From Candidatus Rariloculaceae bacterium (GTDB lineage: Bacteria > Pseudomonadota > Gammaproteobacteria > Steroidobacterales > Rariloculaceae): a DNA stretch of 64,000 nt. Under the pieces are notes generated by a model. It saw only the letters and a program-made list of their open reading frames with translations, did not search any database and had not been told where the DNA came from. The position numbers and the translations under genes are program-made. This document shows, piece after piece, positions 33,398-42,131 of this stretch (positions are counted from its first letter, which is position 1; every line of letters starts with the position of its first letter). The DNA lies in contig OZ250159.1 in NCBI GenBank assembly GCA_965237785.1, forward strand, positions 2,232,695 to 2,296,694. The letters are read 5' to 3'.

Positions 33398-33834
33398 GGT
33401 TCATCCCTTTCGTGTGAAAACGAAAGAAATGTATGCCAGAACGCGTACAACTTAGAATCCCGTGATTATGCCGACAAATCCTGCCACATGACCCGGTCGA
33501 TCAATGAGTTGGGCCGCGTTGTCGGCATAAAACGGATGTCGGCATGTGCCGCGCTATGCCGATATCGGCATAGTGCGGCCGAACGCGCGCTCAGAGGACC
33601 GGCGATCGGAAGACGGCTGTCCTTCGGGTCCGACAGCGAGACCGGCGCGCGCTTCACGGCGCGGATGTATTCGATCGTCGCCACCCTCGCGTTAAACGGC
33701 ATCGATGTCCGGCACTGGCTTCGGGCGTGGCTGGACGCGTGTGCGGCCAACGGCGGGCGGGCGCCGCCGGATCTGTCCGCATGGCTGCCCTGGTCGATGA
33801 ACGAGGCGCGCAAGCGCACCCTCATGACGCCGCA

Positions 33835-34716
33835 ATGACCGGTCAAGTCGAGTGCCGCTATTACGGGCGCGACTTCACGACCGAAGAGATGGCGCTGCTG
33901 CGCGCGCTGATCGCCGGCCCGCCGCTTTTGAACCGCCATCGGCTGTCGAAGGCGTTTTGCCGGCGCATCGGCTGGCTCAAGCCTGACGGCGGGCTCAAGG
34001 ACATGATGGCCAGGGTGACGATGCTGGACATGCACCGCGACGGCCTCATCGTCCTGCCGCCGCCCACGCGGGGCCAGAACCGGCCCGGCCCCATCGCCTT
34101 CGGACCCGATACCGACGCACCGCTGGAACCGCCGCCGACCGCCCTCGATGACGTGCGCCCGCTCAACCTGCGGCCCGTACTCGGGCGCACGCCCCAGAGC
34201 CTGCAGTGGAACGCGTTCATCGCCCGCTACCACTATCTCGGATACAAGACCCTGGTCGGCGCCCAGATACGCTACACCGTCCACGACCGCGACGGTCGGC
34301 CGATCGCCCTGCTCGGCTTCTCCACCGCGGCATGGAAGCTGGCCCCGCGCGACCGCTTCATCGGATGGACGCCGCCCCTGCGCGAGAAAAACCTCCCGCT
34401 GGTGCTCGACAACCCGAGGTTCCTTATCCTGCCCTGGATCGCCATCCCCAACTTGGGTTCGCACATACTCGCCATGATCCGCCGGCGCTTGCCCGCGGAC
34501 TGGACCGAGCGCTACCGCACCACGCCCGTATTGATCGAAACGTTCGTCGAAACGCCACGCTACACCGGCGCGGTCTACCACGCATCCGGCTGGATCCGCG
34601 TCGGAACCACCCAGGGGCGCGGGCGCTACGACCGGCACAAACAATACGACAAGCCGAAAAAGGACATCTGGCTCCGGCCCCTCCGAAGAGACTGGAAGCG
34701 AATCCTCAATCGATAA
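33835..34716 (+). CDS. DUF4338 domain protein inside IS66
   Basis: RYYGRDF, YHYLGY..VGAQIRY, RDRFIGW, NPRFLILPW, ETFVE, Y.ASGW..VG.T.GRG. Confidence 0.82.
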   Translation: MTGQVECRYYGRDFTTEEMALLRALIAGPPLLNRHRLSKAFCRRIGWLKPDGGLKDMMARVTMLDMHRDGLIVLPPPTRGQNRPGPIAFGPDTDAPLEPPPTALDDVRPLNLRPVLGRTPQSLQWNAFIARYHYLGYKTLVGAQIRYTVHDRDGRPIALLGFSTAAWKLAPRDRFIGWTPPLREKNLPLVLDNPRFLILPWIAIPNLGSHILAMIRRRLPADWTERYRTTPVLIETFVETPRYTGAVYHASGWIRVGTTQGRGRYDRHKQYDKPKKDIWLRPLRRDWKRILNR

Positions 34717-35002
34717 AGAACCGCGCCTGACGGAACAGTTGAACCAGCCGATGTGCGTCCGCGATGGTGCTACCATCCCGGCTTGAGCGAACTCTTACAG
34801 CCCGACTTAGCGGATTCGGGGGTAGATCGAGGTTAAGTAGTTGATCTGTCGAGGAGCCGACCCCAAAGGTCTGCACTACACGGCGGTGGCCTGGGCAGCT
34901 TGTGCCGGGGTGATTTCCGGTGGCGGCTGGGCCGGCAGTGCCAGCTTCAAGCGCTCCAGCAGCAATTTCAATTCCGCTTCGGGTTGCGTGTAACGGCTGA
35001 GC

Positions 35003-35459
35003 TGCAGAAGTTTCGACCTGATCTGACACTGGCTTGAAAAAGCGAGGGTTACCGGTTCTAATGGAGGTGCTTAGTCACCAATCAGAACCACAATAAAGAG
35101 GGGTAACCCTCATGTTGCATACTACAGAGAATGTCATCCGGCACAAGATCGGCCTGTTGGACCTGGCCGAAGAGCTCGACAACGTCTCCAGGGCCTGCAA
35201 GGCCATGGGCGTGTCGCGCGACACGTTCTACCGTTACAAGGAAGCCGTGGAAGATGACGGTGTCGAGGCGCTGATCGAGGAAAGTCGCCGCAAACCCAAT
35301 CCGAAGAACCGCATCGACCAGAATGTGTTGCGGCAGGACGCCGATGGAAACGCTCGAGGACGGCAAGAAAATCTGGCAGGAGAAGGAACTGAACTAGATC
35401 TCTCCTGACAGTCGCCTCCTCAGAATCGGTAACTGCCAGACCGGGTCTTAACTTCTACA
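35003..35459 (+). mobile_element. IS481-family element with large internal deletion
   Basis: Ends tgcagaagtt / aacttctaca; KIGLLDLAEEL.NVSRACKAMGVSRDTFYRY joined to C-terminal CCGRTPM. Confidence 0.85.
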
Positions 35460-35537
35460 GTTCAGTGTATTTTGTAAACTTTGAACTAAACAAAGATGTG
35501 ACTCAATCTACGAGATAAAAATCGAGGGCCCAATATA

Positions 35538-37028
35538 ATGAATACGACTATAAATATATTTAAAAAAATACTCCTTTCTGTTTTAACGCTAATTTTTTCT
35601 GGCAGCCTACCTCAATACGCCGGAGCGCAGAACACAGATCCATTGCAAATCTTGATGATTACCGGCGGGGGCCCCTGGCACGATTATGCAACGCAAAAGG
35701 ACCAGATTGAAGAGGGACTGTTGGAACGTCTTTCGAACATCGAAATTACAACTGACTATGAAGGTGGGGATACGATTACCATGGAATCAACTGATTTCTT
35801 TTTCTCCCGTCATTTGGAGGATGACTGGGCGGCAGAGTTCGACGTTGTCATCTACAATCACTGTAATCTTCAAGTAAAAGATGGCGCCTATGTAAGAGGG
35901 ATCATCGCCGAGCACGTCAAGCATCAAGTACCTGCCGTTATGCTTCACTGCCCCATCCATCTCTATCAATATGCAATGGACGGTGCAGCGGATGACTGGT
36001 GGGATTTTACCGGTGCTGTTTCATCCGTCCACGAGAAAGAAAATCATCCCAATACCTCTCCCTACACGATCGAGGTTCTGGAGACGCACCACCAGATCAT
36101 GAAGAACTATCCTCGTTCTTGGCGGACGCCTGCAGGCGAGTTATATCTAATCGTTGATTTACATGATAATGTCACTCCGTTATCTCACGCCTATTCGGTG
36201 GAGACACACTCCTATACTGAAACAGCTTGGATACACGAATACCAAGGCGTTCGGGTTTTCACCAGTTCACTGGGGCATCATAGTGTTTCGATGGGCTCGG
36301 ATGTGAATTTGAATCTTATTGCATCGGGCGTGCTCTGGGCGGCAGGAAAACTTGAAGAAGATGGTTCGCCAGCCCCGGGATATGAAGGAGAACGTGGACT
36401 TGGGTGGATCTCTCTCCGGGATGATGCACTCAATGGTTGGATTGAAAGCGGCGGTGTCGTGGATTGGACGTCTGCTGCCTGGTATGGGAGAAATGATATA
36501 GAGATGGTCTGGCCGACCGTCGATAATACCTCGGCCGGAGAATCGTTCCGACTTGACGGCGACACCCTAATTGTCGAGGGAGGTCAAAGAAATCTGTTCT
36601 ATGACGGTCCGATCGCTGGCGGATATTTCAAAAATTTTGAATTCAAGGTTGATGTCTATACCTATCCTGGGTCAGCTTCAGGGGTCTATTTTCATACCCG
36701 TTACGAAGAGGAGGGACCTCCTGCCTTTGGTTATGAAGCTCAGATTAACGCCAGCCGGGCCGGTGAGAGCATGACCGGCAGCTTGGCTGGGGCAAGCGAG
36801 GTGGAGACTGCTCCACACGGCGATAACGAATGGTTCAGCTACTACATCAAGGTTGACGGCAAGAACGTAACGGTAAAAGTGAATGATGAGACAGTCAACG
36901 AATTCACCGAACCTGCAGATGTAGATGGACCGGCCAGTCTCCACCGGGGCACGATCGGCCTGGAGTCCGTGGGCTCCGACAGCCGTGTTTACTTTCGGAA
37001 TCCGATGATTCGTCTATTGCCGGATTAA
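35538..37028 (+). CDS. Secreted ThuA-like + DUF1080 fusion protein, paralog of 20818-22296
   Basis: Same motifs; C-terminal part nearly identical. Confidence 0.8.
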   Translation: MNTTINIFKKILLSVLTLIFSGSLPQYAGAQNTDPLQILMITGGGPWHDYATQKDQIEEGLLERLSNIEITTDYEGGDTITMESTDFFFSRHLEDDWAAEFDVVIYNHCNLQVKDGAYVRGIIAEHVKHQVPAVMLHCPIHLYQYAMDGAADDWWDFTGAVSSVHEKENHPNTSPYTIEVLETHHQIMKNYPRSWRTPAGELYLIVDLHDNVTPLSHAYSVETHSYTETAWIHEYQGVRVFTSSLGHHSVSMGSDVNLNLIASGVLWAAGKLEEDGSPAPGYEGERGLGWISLRDDALNGWIESGGVVDWTSAAWYGRNDIEMVWPTVDNTSAGESFRLDGDTLIVEGGQRNLFYDGPIAGGYFKNFEFKVDVYTYPGSASGVYFHTRYEEEGPPAFGYEAQINASRAGESMTGSLAGASEVETAPHGDNEWFSYYIKVDGKNVTVKVNDETVNEFTEPADVDGPASLHRGTIGLESVGSDSRVYFRNPMIRLLPD

Positions 37029-37035
37029 TAATTAG

Positions 37036-37698
37036 GGCTCCTCCGCTTAGGGCTCCTCCGCAGAATCGGTGGGTAGTTCGAGGGTAGATTCGGCGAAGAA
37101 CTGATTGGAAAGCAAGCAAGGGGTTGGAGAGGCATCTCGGCCTCGAGTCTGAGAAGATAAAGGTGCAAGCCATTTATCAATCAGAACAACAAACCCGAGA
37201 TGCAACTCTGCGATTGAATCGCTGAACTACTCGCCGCGCAAGGTGCTAAAGAATCGCGGTGCGTTTCCGAACGACGAATCGATCCAGAAGATTTTGTATC
37301 TCGCCCTGCAGAACGCCTTGAAGAAATGGAACCGGCCGATTCGCGATTGGAAGGCAGCGCTCAATCAATTCGTCATTTTATTCGCAGATCGGGTGCCAGT
37401 CTGAAATGCAGTTACACAGTTTACTTGACACGCCCCTGAAATCGCCTTATACAATGCCCTCGGCGCGTTACCCGAGCCTGAATTCACCCACAAATTTTGC
37501 TGACGAGCCATATAAAGCATTTGAGCCACCGGTTGCTCGTGCCCTGTTGAATAGACTGGAGTTCAAACATACGCCGAAGCATGGAAGTTGGTTGAACATA
37601 GCAGAATGCGAATTCAGCGTGCTGACGCGACAATGTTTTGATCGGCGCTTACCGGACATGGAGACGGTAGAGCAAGAGGTCAAGGCGTGGACTGAAAT
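37036..37698 (+). mobile_element. Composite remnant: ISL3 left end, IS256 right end, ISL3 right end, IS630 fragment
   Basis: 37209-37698 duplicates about 10181-10670; 15-bp tandem duplication ttagggctcctccgc at the left tip. Confidence 0.9.
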
Positions 37699-37713
37699 AA
37701 GGCGGGACGTAAA

Positions 37714-38838
37714 GTGAATATTGCAATTGTAGGTTTAGGATTTGGAGCTGAGTTCATTCCGATTTATCAAAAGCACCCTCATGCGAATATGTATGCAATC
37801 TGCCAGCGTTCGGAATCGGATCTTAATAAAGTAGGAGATGCTTTCAACTTCGATCCAGGTCATCGTTTTCGCTCGTATCAAAAGCTTCTGGAAGATCCAA
37901 AGATTGATGCTGTGCATATAAATACACCCATTCAGCTCCATGCGGAACACTCGCTAATGGCTCTGCGTGCGGGCAAGCATGTTTCATGTACTGTGCCGAT
38001 GGCAACAAGTGTTGAGGATTGCAAGGAAATTGTAGAAACGGTCGCGGAGACGGGATTAAAATATACAATGGCGGAGACGGTTGTGTACAGCCGCGAATAT
38101 CTGTTTGTAAAAGAGCTTTACGAAAAAGGGGAATTGGGAAAAATTCAATATTTGCAAGCCAGTCATCCCCAGGATATGGAGGGATGGCCCGACTATTGGC
38201 AGCATATGAAACCCATGCACTACGCAACTCATGTTGTCAGCCCCGTTCTTGGACTTACTGACAAAGAAGCAGAATATGTATCGTGTTTCGGTTCGGGAAC
38301 AATCAGCGATGACCTTATCGAAAAGTCAGGTTCTCCCTTTGCGGTTGAAACATGCCATATTAAGTTAAAGAACTCTGACTTGACCGCTCACATTTATCGT
38401 TCATTGTTTGATACGTCACGTCAATATCGAGAAAGCTTTGATGTTTACGGATCTAAAAAGTCCTTTGAATGGCCGCTCATTGAAGGGGAGGATCCGGTTC
38501 TTCATACGGCAAAAAAACCCGAACCGGAGATACCCGAACGTATTAAGGTACCGGATTATGGACATCTGTTACCGGAAGAGATACGCGAGTTTACCTTGGA
38601 AGGAGTGTATGATGCAGATGAGCATGCTCACTTATCCTTTATCCAGGGAGCTGGCCACGGAGGTTCTCACCCACACTTAGTACATGAGTTTGTCGACTCT
38701 ATTGTTAACGATCGTGATCCTTACCCCAATGCGGTCCAATCTGCAAACTGGACATGTGTTGGCTTGCTGGCCCATGAGTCAGCTATGGAAGGTGGAGTCA
38801 TTAAACGACTACCCGACTTCACGTTATCAGTAACATAG
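37714..38838 (+). CDS. Gfo/Idh/MocA family oxidoreductase; AT-rich
   Basis: VNIAIVGLGFG, IDAVHINTP..H, AGKHV, GHGGSHPHL; original start possibly clipped. Confidence 0.88.
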   Translation: MNIAIVGLGFGAEFIPIYQKHPHANMYAICQRSESDLNKVGDAFNFDPGHRFRSYQKLLEDPKIDAVHINTPIQLHAEHSLMALRAGKHVSCTVPMATSVEDCKEIVETVAETGLKYTMAETVVYSREYLFVKELYEKGELGKIQYLQASHPQDMEGWPDYWQHMKPMHYATHVVSPVLGLTDKEAEYVSCFGSGTISDDLIEKSGSPFAVETCHIKLKNSDLTAHIYRSLFDTSRQYRESFDVYGSKKSFEWPLIEGEDPVLHTAKKPEPEIPERIKVPDYGHLLPEEIREFTLEGVYDADEHAHLSFIQGAGHGGSHPHLVHEFVDSIVNDRDPYPNAVQSANWTCVGLLAHESAMEGGVIKRLPDFTLSVT

Positions 38839-38890
38839 GAAAATAAATTTACCTGTTATTCAAATATAAACGGAACGAGGCCACGAACTG

Positions 38891-41152
38891 ATGCAAAAGC
38901 AACTCTATTTATTCTCTCCCCTGACCTTCCTTTTTGTCCTGATAGCATTCGGCTGGGTGGATAATGATACATCGGCCCAAACAAGTACCGCTGTTCAAAA
39001 AAGCAGACTGAATAATTTCGTTGATTGGGCTACTTATCGTGGCGATCAGGAAGGAACTGGATACTCTTCTCTAAGCCAAATTACAATCGAAAATGTTCAG
39101 TTATTAGAAGAAGTGTGGACCTATGATACAAGGAATCTTGTCCGGCCGGGGATGTCATCTAACCCGATTGTTATTGAAGGTGTGATGTATTTTTCTGATC
39201 CTGAATTGAATCTTGTTGCCCTGGATGCAGCAACCGGAGAAGAACTCTGGCTGTTTGATCTGTCTGAACACCATTCCAGAGGAGATTATCTCGCCAGTGG
39301 TATTATGAGAGGGGCGGTGTATTGGGAAGATGAGAATGGCAACAACTCAAGAATCTTCCATCTTACGAAAGATCTTGTCTGGGCAATTAACCCGGACGAC
39401 GGCACCCTTATAGAGTCGTTTGGTATCGGCGGGTATATTGATTTAAAGGAAAATCATGTTTGGCCTGCTCACCTGCTGGAAAATAAAATAACGAACACCT
39501 CACCTCCTGTAATCTATGATGACCATTTGATTTTGGATTCAAATGTTTCGGAAGGAAGAGAAGAACCCCCTGGTAACATCAGATCTTTTAACACGATAAC
39601 CGGGGAGTTTGAATGGAGATTTCAAACCATTCCTATAGAAGGACAGCCCGGGTATGAGACGTGGGAGTGGGAAGATAATATGGTTTATGGTGGCGCCAAC
39701 TCATGGGGTGGATTTACTGTTGATGAAGAAAGAGGCTGGGTATTTGCCGCCACGGGTTCAGCCACTGGTGGAATCCATGGAGGTGGTGGTGCGAGACCTG
39801 GCAAGAACCTCTTTTCGAATTCCGTTTTAGCCATTGATGCAGAGACTGGAGAATTACAATGGCATTTTCAAACGATTCACCACGATATTTGGGATTATGA
39901 TATCGCTCCTGCACCGATGTTAGCTACTATTACGCAGGATGGCGAAGAAAGAGATGTGGTCGTTCAAACAGGGAAACAGGGTAAAGTATTTGTATTTGAT
40001 CGAGATACCGGAGAATCTCTATTTCCCATTGTAGAAAAACCGGTACCGACAGAGGCGGCACTCGGTGAAGTTGCTTATCCAACTCAACCATGGCCTTTAA
40101 AACCTGACCCACTTGTAAGAACGTCATTTTATGAGTCTGATTTAACCACTATCACACCCGAGTCTCATGAGTCTGCACTGGAGCAATATAAAAGACTGAG
40201 ACCCGGACCGATGTATACACCTCCAAGTATAGAAGGAACGATCGTACAGCCCGGAATTCACGGAGGAAATGAATGGGGCGGTCCAGCGTTTGATCCGGAG
40301 ACCAATATTGCCTACGTAAACGTAAATGACTTCCCATTTATACTAACGCTGGACATCATACATCCTGATCAATTCGCAGATATGACGGAGACGGCCCAAG
40401 GGAGAACAATATATCTTGCAGCATGTGCGGCTTGTCATGGTGCTGATCGACAAGGAGGGGTAGCTGTTGCTCTTGATAATACAACGCTCAGTTCTGACGA
40501 ACTAAGAGATGTCATTACACAAGGCGTAAATGCGATGCCGGCCTTTCCGGCCTTTGACGAAGATGAATTGGATAATGTTGTAGCCTTTCTTCAAAGTGAA
40601 CCTGGTGAAGCAAGATCCACATCTGATATCGATTTAAGTGACGAAAATTTGACGTGGAGTGGAGGAGAGGGCGAATTGAGTTGGTCCACATCAACCCCAC
40701 AGTATGTACCTCAGTTAGAATATTTCACAGACCATATGGGGTATCATGCAATTAAACCACCATGGGGGAAACTCGTTGCGGTAGATGTTGCAAAAGGTGA
40801 AATTAAATGGTCGGTCCCACTCGGAGAATATCCCGGATTAGTAGAAATGGGGATTCGACATACCGGTGCTGAAAACTTTGGCGGAATGGCTGTTACACAA
40901 GGAGGTTTGATTTTTATAGCAGCAACAGAAGATAACCGGTTCAGAGCATTTGATAAAACCAGCGGCGTGCTTTTGTGGGAATTTGAGATGGATTCGCCTG
41001 GCTTTTCGACTCCCTCCACTTACGAAATTGATGGAAGACAATATGTTGTGATTGTAGCAGGCGGCGGCGGCGGTCGTTATCGTTCGCCTGTAACACAGGA
41101 TATTGGAAGGAGGGTTCATGCATTTGCTCTGCCAGGATCGGAAGTTCAATAA
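38891..41152 (+). CDS. PQQ-dependent (glucose/quinate-type) dehydrogenase with inserted cytochrome c domain
   Basis: W..Y.GD..G..YS.L.QI, WHFQTIHHDIWDYD, GG.EWGG, CAACHG, PPWG.L.A.D, TPSTY..DGRQY. Confidence 0.88.
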   Translation: MQKQLYLFSPLTFLFVLIAFGWVDNDTSAQTSTAVQKSRLNNFVDWATYRGDQEGTGYSSLSQITIENVQLLEEVWTYDTRNLVRPGMSSNPIVIEGVMYFSDPELNLVALDAATGEELWLFDLSEHHSRGDYLASGIMRGAVYWEDENGNNSRIFHLTKDLVWAINPDDGTLIESFGIGGYIDLKENHVWPAHLLENKITNTSPPVIYDDHLILDSNVSEGREEPPGNIRSFNTITGEFEWRFQTIPIEGQPGYETWEWEDNMVYGGANSWGGFTVDEERGWVFAATGSATGGIHGGGGARPGKNLFSNSVLAIDAETGELQWHFQTIHHDIWDYDIAPAPMLATITQDGEERDVVVQTGKQGKVFVFDRDTGESLFPIVEKPVPTEAALGEVAYPTQPWPLKPDPLVRTSFYESDLTTITPESHESALEQYKRLRPGPMYTPPSIEGTIVQPGIHGGNEWGGPAFDPETNIAYVNVNDFPFILTLDIIHPDQFADMTETAQGRTIYLAACAACHGADRQGGVAVALDNTTLSSDELRDVITQGVNAMPAFPAFDEDELDNVVAFLQSEPGEARSTSDIDLSDENLTWSGGEGELSWSTSTPQYVPQLEYFTDHMGYHAIKPPWGKLVAVDVAKGEIKWSVPLGEYPGLVEMGIRHTGAENFGGMAVTQGGLIFIAATEDNRFRAFDKTSGVLLWEFEMDSPGFSTPSTYEIDGRQYVVIVAGGGGGRYRSPVTQDIGRRVHAFALPGSEVQ

Positions 41153-41176
41153 AGTAAGCGGGATGCTTAAATATTG

Positions 41177-41736
41177 GGCTCCTCCGCAGAATCTGTGGGT
41201 ATTTCGAGGGTAGATTCGGCGAAGAACTGACTGGAAAGCAAGCAAGGCGTTGGAGGTGGAGATCGAGCCGCGGGCGAATGGGCGAGCACTGTGCTCGGGC
41301 TGTGAGTTGCCGCGGCCGGGTTATCACAAGCTTGCCGTACGTCGCTTTGAGTTTGTGCCGCTGTGGGGGATGAAGGTGTTTTTCGTCTATGCGCCGCGGC
41401 GGGTGGACTGCTCGAGCTGCGGCGTGCGGGTGGAGCGGCTGCCGTGGGCCTCGGGCAAGCACCGTTTGACAGATGCTTATGCCTGGTTTCTGGCGCGTTG
41501 GGCGAGGCGGCTGAGCTGGAAGGAAGTGGCACAGGTATTCGCGAGCTTCTGCTCAATTGGTTTCGGGCCAAAGGTCAGCTCTCAAGCGGCGTTGTGGAGG
41601 GATTTAATGGCAAGGCAAAACTGACCTCCAGAAAAGCCTTCGGGTTTCGGACCTGTCACGGTGCTGAAATCGCCTTGTACCATGCCCTCGCGCGTTACCC
41701 GAGCCTGAATTCACCCACAGATTTTGCTGACGAGCC
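41177..41736 (+). mobile_element. ISL3 element with internal deletions, both IRs, no TSD
   Basis: ggctcctccgcagaatc...gctgacgagcc; retains the CxxC segment missing from the other copies. Confidence 0.9.
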
Positions 41737-41882
41737 AGGTTTTCTTCACGGTTTATCTCTTGCTTTTCGAGAAACTCTCAATAATCGTCGGTGCCAACCA
41801 GTAGCTCCTCGGAATTCCGGGATTCGAAGAATCACGGGAAGCCCGATATCAAGATGCTCTCATAAAGTGGCGACTTCATTTT

Positions 41883-42020
41883 TGGCGCGCGACGTGCAGG
41901 ATGCACAAGTGCCGCGAAGGCCATGGATGGCCGGGAGCGGCCCCGGAGAGATACCTTCTCCCTGCAGTCGGAGCGTCGCTTCGCGCCGAAGGCGAACTCC
42001 CGACCGCCTGGTTCGTAGCC
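41883..42020 (-). other. 3' fragment of tRNA-Arg(ACG) interrupted by two short insertions, att-like site
   Basis: Minus strand reads GGCTACGAACCAGGCGGTCGGGAGTTCG [40 bp] ATCTCTCCGG [52 bp] GCGCGCCA. Confidence 0.75.
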
Positions 42021-42131
42021 GGGAAGAGTGCTTTAACTTACTGAAAAATATCGCCTTTATGACGACGCCCGTTGACCAACTATCAGTACGCTGCACAACA
42101 ATGCACATCTTGTGTCGGAAATTTGTCGGAA

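Larger units (their letters stand above)
30126..33579 (-). mobile_element. RIT element (RIT2), complete
   Basis: Three overlapping tyrosine recombinases; 86-bp IRs 30126-30211 / 33462-33547; terminal palindrome 33554-33573. Confidence 0.92.
28879..33838 (+). pseudogene. IS66 transposase TnpC interrupted by RIT2 (5' region also disrupted)
   Basis: LFGRKSEK, HGDETGW, VCDRYGAY, CWAHMRR, MDNNF|AERALRG...WLPW. Confidence 0.9.
28341..34798 (+). mobile_element. IS66-family element, TSD AGCCCGAC, containing RIT2
   Basis: IRs gtaagcattcgctcaagccgggat / gtaagagttcgctcaagccgggat; 8-bp direct repeat on both sides. Confidence 0.92.

Noticed and set aside
33835-34716. Druantia defence system
   Set aside because: No DruE helicase or other dru genes; the gene lies inside IS66 IRs.
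35003-35459. Target duplication for the deleted IS481
   Set aside because: The flanks ctgagc and gttcag do not match.
6146-41736. True integron with attC sites
   Set aside because: No IntI and no attC structure; the repeats are ISL3 termini and cargo lies on both strands.
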